From Desulfobulbus propionicus DSM 2032 (lineage in GTDB: Bacteria; Desulfobacterota; Desulfobulbia; Desulfobulbales; Desulfobulbaceae): a stretch of 32,000 bases of DNA. Position numbers and translations under genes: made by a program. The DNA lies in NCBI RefSeq assembly GCF_000186885.1, contig NC_014972.1:1560001-1592000 (forward strand), in the 5' to 3' direction. Below the pieces are notes generated by a model. The model saw nothing but the letters and a program-made list of their open reading frames with translations, made no database searches and had not been told where the DNA came from. Shown here piece by piece: positions 17,630 to 25,704 of this stretch (within the stretch, counting starts at the first letter, position 1; each line of letters begins with the position of its first letter).

Positions 17630-18535
17630 GTGGACCTACGTCAACTGAAATTCTTCGTCGAAATCGCCCGTCACGGCAACTTCACCAAGGCAGCGGAAAC
17701 CCTCAACATCGCCCAGCCCGCCCTCAGCATCGCGATTCAGAAGTTGGAGGAAGAACTCGAACTGGTGCTGTTCAACCGGCAGAAACGGAAGGTGGCGCTT
17801 ACCGCCGAGGGAGAGGTGTTGCTCACCCATGCGGAACGCATTCTCGATGACCTGCGGGCGGCGGACATGGAAATGGCCGATTTGAAGGGACTGGGCATGG
17901 GAGAAGTCCGCCTGGGCATCACCCCGATGATCAGCACCTATTTTTTCCCGGCCATTATCCATGATTTCACCCGGCAATATCCCAGATTGCACATTTCCGT
18001 CTCGGGCGAGGGGGCGGGCAGCATCCAGAAAATGATCAGCCAGGGCGAACTGGACATGGGCGTCATTGCCGGCGGCCTGATTCCGGAGAACTTGGAGGTG
18101 CGCCATATCCTGCGTGAAGAGGTCATGGTCTGTGTCCCGGCGGACCACGCCTTCACCCGGCGCCGCGCGGTGCGCTACGCGGATTTCGCCGGCGAGCCGT
18201 TGATCATGTTCAAGGAGGGGTATTACCAGCGGGAGATGCTCCTGGAAATCTTCAAGGAATTGCCGGGTGCGCAGCCGAACATCGTGTTTGAAACCAATCT
18301 CTTTTCCCTGGTCAAGTCCTTGGTTAAACGCGGGTTGGGCATCTCCACCCTGCTCCGGATGGTGGCGGAGGACGATCGGGATTTGTGTGCGGTGTCGTTC
18401 GATCCGCCGCTGCATCTCGACCTCATGCTTGCCTGGAAAAAAGGCGCCTATTTATCCCATGCCAATCAGGCGTTCGTCGATTTTCTGATGGAACAGATCC
18501 GGGGCTACGACAGAAATCGCCTGGCCGTCCGTTGA
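17630..18535 (+). CDS. LysR-family transcriptional regulator
   Basis: The N-terminal wHTH reads MDLRQLKFFVEIARHGNFTKAAETLNIAQPALSIAIQKLEEELELVLF, and a LysR substrate-binding domain follows. The start is a GTG at 17630. Confidence 0.92.
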   Translation: MDLRQLKFFVEIARHGNFTKAAETLNIAQPALSIAIQKLEEELELVLFNRQKRKVALTAEGEVLLTHAERILDDLRAADMEMADLKGLGMGEVRLGITPMISTYFFPAIIHDFTRQYPRLHISVSGEGAGSIQKMISQGELDMGVIAGGLIPENLEVRHILREEVMVCVPADHAFTRRRAVRYADFAGEPLIMFKEGYYQREMLLEIFKELPGAQPNIVFETNLFSLVKSLVKRGLGISTLLRMVAEDDRDLCAVSFDPPLHLDLMLAWKKGAYLSHANQAFVDFLMEQIRGYDRNRLAVR

Positions 18536-18637
18536 AGCAGGAGGCAAACCGCTCGGGCGGATCGCGTGTTGCGGTCCAACCACTGCATGTATTGGACAAC
18601 ATCGAGCTCAACGGGGCGAAAGGTTCCTGCATATCCG

Positions 18638-18680
18638 GCCGGCCGGTCCCGGGCGGTGTTTCCGCCAAGGACCGGCCGGC
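18638..18680 (+). terminator. Long GC hairpin downstream of the LysR gene (probable terminator)
   Basis: GCCGGCCGGTCC (18638-18649) pairs with GGACCGGCCGGC (18669-18680), a perfect 12-bp stem enclosing an inner GGCGG/CCGCC stem. A T-rich tail tcttgcgttctttt follows. Confidence 0.45.
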
Positions 18681-18794
18681 TCTTGCGTTCTTTTGAGGGC
18701 ATGAACCGGATTGAGAACAAGGGGTATTGGCAGGGGCAACCACGCGGCGCTTCAATCACAAGGCGCAGGTACGCCTCTCCTGAAATCGATTCGG

Positions 18795-19319
18795 TCAGGT
18801 TCCTGGGGTGGAGAACGCCTCGAACAGGTAGGCGGTTCCCACCATATTGGTCGCCTGAGCGCAAGCGTCGAGGACATCGCTGTCACTCCACCCCAGGTTG
18901 CGGAGGGCCGCCACCTCCTCCTGGGTGATTTTCTGCTTATCAAGCACACGGGAGACTGTCGTGAACAAGGCGTTCTCCGCTTCGTTGAAGGCTTCCACGG
19001 GCTTGCCCGCGACCAAATCCGCCAAATCCTGTTCCGACAATCCGGTTTTGTTGAGCCACATGCGGTTCAACATCGTGCAGTGATCGAAGCAAACTTTCTG
19101 GGCCGCCAGCAAGCGGATGGCCGCAAGCATGGGAAACGACAGCGCCTGATGCTTCATGAAATATTTTATTTGGGTGAAGAAAACTTCAAGTAATCCCGGA
19201 CTGGCGCTCATCAACTGCAAGGGAGCGGGAACCGGGCTGCGTTTTTGGGTGAAATGCTGGTACACGTCCGCGGCGACCCCGGCCGCTTTTTCTGGTGTTT
19301 GATATGCAAGCGTGAACAT
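18795..19319 (-). CDS. Carboxymuconolactone decarboxylase (AhpD-like) family protein
   Basis: The 174-aa product has a helical CMD-like pattern (SPGLLEVFFTQIKYFMKHQALSFPMLAAIRLLAAQKVCFDHCTMLN...). A strong RBS GGAGGAGAG lies upstream, and the gene pairs with the upstream TetR gene. The family call is by eye. Confidence 0.65.
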   Translation of the reverse strand: MFTLAYQTPEKAAGVAADVYQHFTQKRSPVPAPLQLMSASPGLLEVFFTQIKYFMKHQALSFPMLAAIRLLAAQKVCFDHCTMLNRMWLNKTGLSEQDLADLVAGKPVEAFNEAENALFTTVSRVLDKQKITQEEVAALRNLGWSDSDVLDACAQATNMVGTAYLFEAFSTPGT

Positions 19320-19342
19320 AATCTCTCCTCCGTGTTTTATAG

Positions 19343-19357
19343 TAGACTGGTCGTCTA
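19343..19357. promoter_or_regulatory. Palindromic operator TAGACTGGTCGTCTA (copy 1, upstream of the CMD-like gene)
   Basis: The inverted repeat TAGAC-N5-GTCTA lies 24 nt upstream of the CMD-like start codon. A near-identical copy is at 19989-20003. Confidence 0.6.
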
Positions 19358-19399
19358 TTAACCGTGCGCGCTGAATGCGGCACGATTGCCTCGTCGAGC

Positions 19400-19978
19400 T
19401 TACCGCAACAACACTGAAAAAATCATAGAGTGAAAGTTTTCCAGAGGTTCTGGCCCGGCGACAGCTTTCATGCGGATCAGAGCCCCTTGCCAGGCCGATA
19501 TGATGAATCGAGCCGTGGCATCGGGATCGAGGTGGCTCGGGATAAGCTGTTGTTCATGAGCCAACTCGAGTTGACCGCGCACAAAGGCGATCAGGCGTTC
19601 CAGCGAATCATGCAATTTCTCGCGAAAGGCCGGGTGAATGTCGCCCATTTCCTGGATGAGATTGCCAATGGGGCATCCCTTGATGTAGCCGCTGGCGGCA
19701 AAGTGGTCGTGAAACCAGAGAAAGAACCGTTGCAGCCGATCAACAGGAGAAAGGCTGTCGTCTTTGATGACCGGCCGCAACTGCTCGGCAAATTGCTCGC
19801 GGTAGTGGTCAATGAGGGCCAGGCCGAAATCATCCTTGCTTTTGAAATAAAAATAAAAGGAACCCTTGGGAACGCCGGCGGAGTGTAAAATTTCCTGCAA
19901 GCCCGTAGCGTTGAATCCCTTGTGATGAATGATCTCTCCGCCGCAGGCGAGAATGTGCTCTTTCGTCTTCGAAAACAT
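19400..19978 (-). CDS. TetR/AcrR-family transcriptional regulator
   Basis: The N-terminal HTH reads ILACGGEIIHHKGFNATGLQEILHSAGVPKGSFYFYFKSKDDF, and a helical ligand-binding domain follows. Confidence 0.9.
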   Translation of the reverse strand: MFSKTKEHILACGGEIIHHKGFNATGLQEILHSAGVPKGSFYFYFKSKDDFGLALIDHYREQFAEQLRPVIKDDSLSPVDRLQRFFLWFHDHFAASGYIKGCPIGNLIQEMGDIHPAFREKLHDSLERLIAFVRGQLELAHEQQLIPSHLDPDATARFIISAWQGALIRMKAVAGPEPLENFHSMIFSVLLR

Positions 19979-19988
19979 GACTCGATAT

Positions 19989-20003
19989 TAGACCGGTCGT
20001 CTA
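19989..20003. promoter_or_regulatory. Palindromic operator TAGACCGGTCGTCTA (copy 2, upstream of tetR)
   Basis: It matches copy 1 at 14 of 15 positions, in the same orientation, and lies 11 nt upstream of the tetR ATG. Confidence 0.6.
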
Positions 20004-20233
20004 CTATCTGTCAAGTATTTTACCTTTGGTCGATACAACCCGACGGTCTTCTCGCCGTGCGTGCCCCTCTTGCGCACCGCCGACACCTGCTGTCGTCGGC
20101 CACGTTGTGGCTTTCGCGAGTTTCTGGACGCTCATGAAGGACCCATGCGGTTGCATTGCGTGTGCATCTGTTGCCGTGGTAGACGGCACATTGCCCCCTA
20201 TCCGCATGCCGATGGACGTTGCACACTATTTCC

Positions 20234-20264
20234 TTGACATTTCCTGGACGATGGTTTCTATCCT
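20234..20264 (+). promoter_or_regulatory. Candidate sigma-70 promoter for the riboswitch and receptor transcript
   Basis: TTGACA (20234-20239) and TATCCT (20259-20264) lie just upstream of the riboswitch P1. The spacer is 19 nt, which is longer than optimal. Confidence 0.3.
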
Positions 20265-20271
20265 CCTACAG

Positions 20272-20426
20272 TTCAGGTGTTCGCGAGAACGCAAGAGGGA
20301 ACCCCGCGCGAATCGGGGACGGGCCCGCCGCTGTGACCGAGGACGAACGCTGCACCATGTCACTGACCAAGAGGTTGGGAAGACGCAGCCAGTAGGATGA
20401 TCCGGGAGTCAGAAGACCTGCCTGAA
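20272..20426 (+). promoter_or_regulatory. Cobalamin (B12) riboswitch aptamer
   Basis: P1 is formed by TTCAGG (20272-20277) and CCTGAA (20421-20426). The conserved core reads AGAGGGAACCCCGCGCGAATCGGGGACGGGCCCGCCGCTGTGA. The B12 box AGTCAGAAGACCTGCC (20407-20422) matches AGYCMGGAGACCKGCC at 15 of 16 positions. Confidence 0.85.
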
Positions 20427-20497
20427 TGGTTGTTTGGAGACGACTGCGTGGACGGCGTCGTACCCGGTTTGCATTATTTCTGCGGATAAACAGGGCT

Positions 20498-20538
20498 ATC
20501 CCGGATCGAAATCTTGTATTCGATCCGGGATTTTTTTT
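20498..20538 (+). terminator. Riboswitch expression-platform terminator
   Basis: ATCCCGGATCGAA pairs with TTCGATCCGGGAT (13-bp perfect stem, 8-nt loop), and a T-run to 20538 follows. Confidence 0.85.
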
Positions 20539-20993
20539 GTGCGATGCCCAGGAACCGCGGGCCGTGGCCATCCATGCAGAGGACTCCGTCACTCAACTGT
20601 GCGAGGAGCCACCATGCAGACCCGTCATCAGGTTACATTCCCATCCGCTATCGGCCGCCATCGGAGTGGCGCGCCAATGGATGATGCCTTCCGTGCCGCT
20701 CCATCGACGACTCCCCCCTTCGCTTTGCCTCCCGGCCCATCGATCAGCACCATGGACTTGCCCTCTACGGGGACGAGCCATGTTGAACGTTGTTTGCATC
20801 TGTTGCCAATTCGCCGGTCTCTGCTTTCCCACCGACCTCCTCGCCCCGTCGGTGTGCCGCAAATCCCCGCATGCGTTTTGTTGATATTTTACGCCGTTTT
20901 TCCGCCACGAGCGCGAGGACGAAGCTCTTTCTCCCGTATCGATGCGGCCATGCGCGCGTTGGATCACATACGAACCCTTTACAGGAGGTGACA

Positions 20994-22997
20994 ATGAAAT
21001 CGAGGAAAAGCATGAACCCGTCCCACGTGTTGGCGGCCCTGGCCCTGTTGCCGTGGACCACTGACCCGGTACTGGCCAACGAGCAGGAGGTCACGATGTC
21101 CGAGGAACTGCAGATCACCCACGAGGCGGAAGATATCGTGGTCACGGCCGCGCGGACGGAAACCCTGCTCAAGGAAGCCACCAAAAGCATCGACATCGTC
21201 GACAGCGAGGATCGGGAGGAACTCCAGCAATATTTTCTGCCCGAATTGCTGGACAATGAACCCGGTGTCTTTCTCCGCAGTCTCGGCGGCGTGGGGCAAT
21301 GGTCGAACATCAGCATCCGTGGCGCCGGGTCGCAGCATACCCAATACCAGTACAACGGCATGCCCCTGCGTGACGCCGCCGACACCCAAAGCACTCTGCA
21401 GTATTTCATCGAGGATATGTACAGCGGGGCCAGCCTCGACCGGGTGGAGATCCTCAAGGGAACCAACAGCACCCTCTACGGCTCCCAGGCCATGGGCGGG
21501 GTGATCAACATCATTCCCAAGAAGTGGCAATCCGGACCAACGGCGGAGTGGCGCAACGAGTTTGGACCCAACAACACCGCGATCACCAACGCCCGGGCGG
21601 CCTATGGACAAGAAAAATTCTATGTCGATGTCAACCCGCTGTACGTCACCACCGATGGAGCAAACAACGATGGCCCCCACGGCTACTGGTACGACAACAC
21701 CGGCGCCACCTTTGGCGCGGGCGTCAAACCGACCGACAGAACCGCGCTGGAATTCAGCGCCCTGTTCACGGATTCCGACGTGGCCCTTGGCAGTTCACCT
21801 TCGCTGGGTGCCGATGGCAGCCTGGTCAAGAACCAGGCCTATGCGGACCAGCATCGCGAAGGGCAATTCTATCAATTGGGACTGAATTGGACGCAGGCGA
21901 TCTCCTCGCTGTGGGATTACTCGCTCAAGGGGTCTCAAGGCACCACCGAGCGTCATTACTTCTGGTCTGCCACCAACGGCGATCAATCCAAGTATGAGGG
22001 GGAAACCAGTTATTTGGAACTGCAACACAATCTGCATGTGAATCAGTGGCTGACCTTCAACCTGGGCGCCGATTACGAGCAATCGGAGTACGACGGCCAG
22101 GAGCCTAAAAACCCATATGCCGGCGACTACACTCCGGTCCGTTTCGAAGAGTCATGGGGCAGCAAGGATGCCTTTGGCCAGGCCCAGTTGGCCCTGCTGG
22201 ACCGTAGCCTGTTCCTCAACCTGGGCGGCCGCTACAACGATCATGAAGCATTCGACGGTGAGGCGGTGTGGGAAACCTCGGCCGCCTATTTGTTCAAGAA
22301 TACCGGAACCAAGGTGCATGCCCATGTGGGCACTGGTTATCGCACCCCCGGATTATACGAAATTTATGGTGGCTATCTGTATAACGGCAACCTGGTCACC
22401 GTCGGCAACCCGGACCTGCAGCCGGAAAAAAGCACAAGCTACGAGATGGGCGTCGACCAAAGCCTGGCAGGCGGCAAGGTGCAGGTCGGCGTGACCTATT
22501 TTGAAACTCGGTTCGATGACATGATCATTTTCGACAATACAGCCATGCGCTACGAAAACGCCAAGGAGGGAGAGAGTTCGGGCGTTGAAACCTCTATCCG
22601 GTTGCATCCCTGGAAGCTGGTCCGCTTTGATCTGGCCTACACCTACATCGACTCCCGCTCCAAGGCCGACCAAGATGCCGATTGGAGCCGCAATACGTAT
22701 CTGCCCAGGAACAAGGTCGATTTCATCGTCACTTTCTATCCCATGGACAAGCTGACCATGGCCGTGGACGTCAACTGGCAGGATGAAAAGATCGTCCCAC
22801 TGTATGACGCCGGCTGGAACAGTGTCCGATGGGAGGAGGACGGCGTGACCACCGTCAATCTGTCCACCACCTACAAGGCCCTGCAAAACATGGAACTATT
22901 CGCCCGGGTCGACAACCTGTTCGACAAGGCGTACACGGAATCCGGGTACTGCATGCCGGGAATTTCCGTGTATGGCGGCTTGAAGGTGCATTTTTAG
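20994..22997 (+). CDS. btuB: TonB-dependent outer-membrane receptor, probable corrinoid transporter (BtuB-like)
   Basis: AGGAGG lies 7 nt upstream of the ATG at 20994. A signal peptide and a TonB box (EDIVVTAAR) are present. The plug motifs are IRGAGSQHTQYQYNGMPL and LYGSQAMGGVINII, and the C-terminus is a beta-barrel ending ...GGLKVHF. The B12 specificity is inferred from the upstream riboswitch. Confidence 0.85.
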   Translation: MKSRKSMNPSHVLAALALLPWTTDPVLANEQEVTMSEELQITHEAEDIVVTAARTETLLKEATKSIDIVDSEDREELQQYFLPELLDNEPGVFLRSLGGVGQWSNISIRGAGSQHTQYQYNGMPLRDAADTQSTLQYFIEDMYSGASLDRVEILKGTNSTLYGSQAMGGVINIIPKKWQSGPTAEWRNEFGPNNTAITNARAAYGQEKFYVDVNPLYVTTDGANNDGPHGYWYDNTGATFGAGVKPTDRTALEFSALFTDSDVALGSSPSLGADGSLVKNQAYADQHREGQFYQLGLNWTQAISSLWDYSLKGSQGTTERHYFWSATNGDQSKYEGETSYLELQHNLHVNQWLTFNLGADYEQSEYDGQEPKNPYAGDYTPVRFEESWGSKDAFGQAQLALLDRSLFLNLGGRYNDHEAFDGEAVWETSAAYLFKNTGTKVHAHVGTGYRTPGLYEIYGGYLYNGNLVTVGNPDLQPEKSTSYEMGVDQSLAGGKVQVGVTYFETRFDDMIIFDNTAMRYENAKEGESSGVETSIRLHPWKLVRFDLAYTYIDSRSKADQDADWSRNTYLPRNKVDFIVTFYPMDKLTMAVDVNWQDEKIVPLYDAGWNSVRWEEDGVTTVNLSTTYKALQNMELFARVDNLFDKAYTESGYCMPGISVYGGLKVHF

Positions 22998-23036
22998 GGT
23001 CACCGCACAACCGGCGGCCGGCTTTGACATGGTCCA

Positions 23037-23089
23037 GAGCGGGACCGTGGCCGTGGCAGTGGTGCGCGGAGCGAGAGCACGGTCCGCTC
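23037..23089 (+). terminator. Possible terminator hairpin after the receptor gene
   Basis: GAGCGGGACCGTG (23037-23049) pairs with CACGGTCCGCTC (23078-23089) with one bulge and a large loop. The T-run (gatttttctt) begins only 10 nt later, so this is atypical. Confidence 0.3.
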
Positions 23090-23731
23090 CATGGTCGATT
23101 TTTCTTGCTGTTGCTGCTTGTAGGAGCGACGAACTGCGAGGGATGAAGAAGGGCTTCATGGAGTTGGCCGATACCCAGGTGACCAGCAATGCCGACGGCA
23201 AAAACAAGATCGTGGTCGAGGCCGGCCGGGCCAAAGGCGAACACGCCCTGCATTGCCTGCAACGCTCCACCCAGAATGCGTCCCGCATGCCTGCATCCTT
23301 TCGGGCCTGACCAACGGGGGACCAACCAGATCTGGAAAGTGATCGGCAGGTTCCGTCAGAGAACGATCAGATCCGGAATGATCGGGTGGTACCCTGCCGG
23401 GCAGCGTGACAGCTGCTCAGTGTATTTGAATGGAAACAGTCCGCGAATGGTTGGGTATTCGCGCCATCTGCCCCGGTTGCTTTTCCGCGCCTTGGAATTG
23501 TTTCCGGTTGCCATGTCATTCCGGCCGTTCCGTTTGCCGGCGGAACGTCACCTCAATTGTCCGACCGGAAAAGCGACCTGGGGCACATGCCGTTGGCTCA
23601 TCTTGAACAATTTTTCCGCCAAGCGGCAACAAGGAGAGGAGGCAACTGGCTGCGCTTGTATCTGCCCCAGGAGATTCAATTTTGACAAACCTGGATCGGC
23701 TGCATGGCTTTCCGTCATCTGTTGCAAGTCG

Positions 23732-25441
23732 TTATGCATTGGCTTCCATATAGGGTCCGAGAATCATGTTCGAGTATCCTTGCCCAGCCGGTATCCGTGG
23801 ATACAGCATTTCGTCTTTGTCGCAGAGAACTTCCAAAAAACAAGGCCCTTCGGCATGCAAAAATGCCTTCAGTCCCTCTTCAAGGTCGCGTCTGTCATCA
23901 ATGCGCCTGGAGAAGGCAAAGGACAGGTCCTTGGCCAGAGTTGCAAAGTTGACAGTATTGACCTTCCTGGTCGCCACATAATTGCCCTCATAAACAAATT
24001 TCTGATAGTTCCTGACCATGCATTCGCCATGGTTATTCAGCAAAAGCACCTTTATGGGCAAACCGTACCGGCCGATGGTAAACAGCTCGCCCAGATTCAT
24101 CAGCAGGCTGCCATCGCCGTCGATGGCCAGGATCATGGCGCTGGGATTGGCATAATAGGTGCCAATCGCGTTGGGCAAGGCAAAGCCCATGGTTCCAAAC
24201 CCACCTGAAGTAATGAAGGATTTTGGAGATTTCGTCGCCAGATATTGGGCGGCAAGCATCTGGTGATTTCCGACCCCGGTGGTTATTTTCATGTTTTCCG
24301 TGATGTGGGTCGAGAGGCGTTCCATCACCTCGGCTTGCTGAATCGCCTGGGCATTTCTGTTGAAATTCAGCGGAAATTTCCTTTTTAACTGACGTCCGTA
24401 TTCCTGCCATTCACCGATATTCAACTCAATGGCGTGTTTTTCTGCATAGTTGAGCAAGTCATCAAGGGCTGTTTCGGCCCGGCCAATGAAAGTGAATTGT
24501 GGTTTTCGCGAAAATCGAACCTCCTGAACCTTCTCGGGATTGACATCAAAATAGGCGATATCGGCTTCGAGACCGAGCTCTCCCACCTTCTGGGAAACAC
24601 GGTCATCCCAGCGGACACCGAAGGCAACAAAAAGATCCGTTTTTTGAATGGCCATGTTGGCGGCAGGAACGCCAAACATGCCCAGCATGCCGAGGGCGAA
24701 GTCATCTTTTTCATTGAGGATGCCTTTGCCCATCAGGCTCCAGATCGACGGCACCTTATAGCGGTGGTTGAACGTTCTGATCCGCTCACTTCCCGCCTTT
24801 GAATTCAACCCGCCGCCGATGTACAGGAGGGGACGTTTCGCACTCTGCAGAAGCTGAAAAAACTGGCTGCATTGATTTTCCCCTAGATGCCGCTCTTCGT
24901 CATATTTATAGCGAAATCGTTCAACAGCGATGGCCTGGTAGACCCCTTCACGATTTTGAATATCAAATGGAAAATCAATGACCACCGGACCCGGCTTGCC
25001 CGACTTGGCGAAGAAATAGGCGTCTTTGACGATTTCTTCTATATTGTGCAGTTCATTGATTACAATTACCTTTTTCGCCGCTCCCGAAAAAATTTTTTCA
25101 ACATTTATATGCTGAAACTCATCGGTACCCATTTTCATTCGGGCGACTTGTCCGGCAAAAACCAACAAGGGTATCGAATCAGCATTCGCGTCAGCCACCG
25201 CGGTCAGGGTATTCGTAATGGCCGGACCCGACGTGACCACCGTGATACCAATACCGTCACCGGATCGGGAATATCCTCCGGCAGCAAAGGCGCATGACTG
25301 CTCATTCGAGCAAACCACGATCTCTATCCCGCACGCATCCAGCGCATGAATAACGGGCATTATCGTGACACCTGAAAATCCAAAAACTCTTCGCACGCCC
25401 AAATCGACGAGGCTTTTGGCCAATATTTCCGCATTATTCAT
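23732..25441 (-). CDS. Thiamine-diphosphate enzyme of the acetolactate synthase large-subunit family (no small subunit adjacent)
   Basis: The N-terminal PYR domain reads MNNAEILAKSLVDLGVRRVFGFSG...NEQSCAFAAGGY...VVTSGPAITN. The ThDP motif is GDGSLLMNLGELFTIGRYGLPIKVLLLNNHGECMV. The start at 25441 fits family N-termini. The gene is visibly AT-richer than its neighbours. Confidence 0.85.
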   Translation of the reverse strand: MNNAEILAKSLVDLGVRRVFGFSGVTIMPVIHALDACGIEIVVCSNEQSCAFAAGGYSRSGDGIGITVVTSGPAITNTLTAVADANADSIPLLVFAGQVARMKMGTDEFQHINVEKIFSGAAKKVIVINELHNIEEIVKDAYFFAKSGKPGPVVIDFPFDIQNREGVYQAIAVERFRYKYDEERHLGENQCSQFFQLLQSAKRPLLYIGGGLNSKAGSERIRTFNHRYKVPSIWSLMGKGILNEKDDFALGMLGMFGVPAANMAIQKTDLFVAFGVRWDDRVSQKVGELGLEADIAYFDVNPEKVQEVRFSRKPQFTFIGRAETALDDLLNYAEKHAIELNIGEWQEYGRQLKRKFPLNFNRNAQAIQQAEVMERLSTHITENMKITTGVGNHQMLAAQYLATKSPKSFITSGGFGTMGFALPNAIGTYYANPSAMILAIDGDGSLLMNLGELFTIGRYGLPIKVLLLNNHGECMVRNYQKFVYEGNYVATRKVNTVNFATLAKDLSFAFSRRIDDRRDLEEGLKAFLHAEGPCFLEVLCDKDEMLYPRIPAGQGYSNMILGPYMEANA

Positions 25442-25704
25442 GATGATTCCGTGAATGATTTCCAACCGTTGAGAAAAAAACCATATTGGCTGGCAGTTCC
25501 AGTAGGAAATACTCAGAACTTTGCCCGCCAGGAAGACCGACTCTTCCACAACCAGCCCATACTTTTCTTCATTCGCTGGTCGAGGTCAAGGTGTTTCCAT
25601 TCTACCACAGCATGAACGTTGCAACAGGATGCAGTACGTGCGTTAGGCGCCTCAAGAGTGGTTCTCGAGGGCTTGGTGGTTTCGGTAGCGCGAGTACGCC
25701 CTGT

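Noticed and set aside
20426-20994. ORFs in the riboswitch-to-receptor leader (20426-20884 plus, 20434-20991 plus, 20593-20994 minus)
   Set aside because: They have Arg/Pro/Ser/His-rich composition, no SD sequences and no motifs, and they overlap one another in different frames. The region is kept as an unexplained leader rather than as coding sequence.
23029-23310. 93-aa ORF, or a 55-aa version from MKKGFMELADTQV..., downstream of the receptor gene
   Set aside because: The candidate SD (GAGGG) abuts the ATG with almost no spacer. There are no motifs, and a similarly long ORF exists on the opposite strand, so coding cannot be supported.
23189-24208. 339-aa plus-strand ORF running from the unassigned gap into the ThDP-enzyme gene
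   Set aside because: Its 3' half is antisense to the clear ThDP enzyme. The 5' half has odd composition, no RBS and no motifs.
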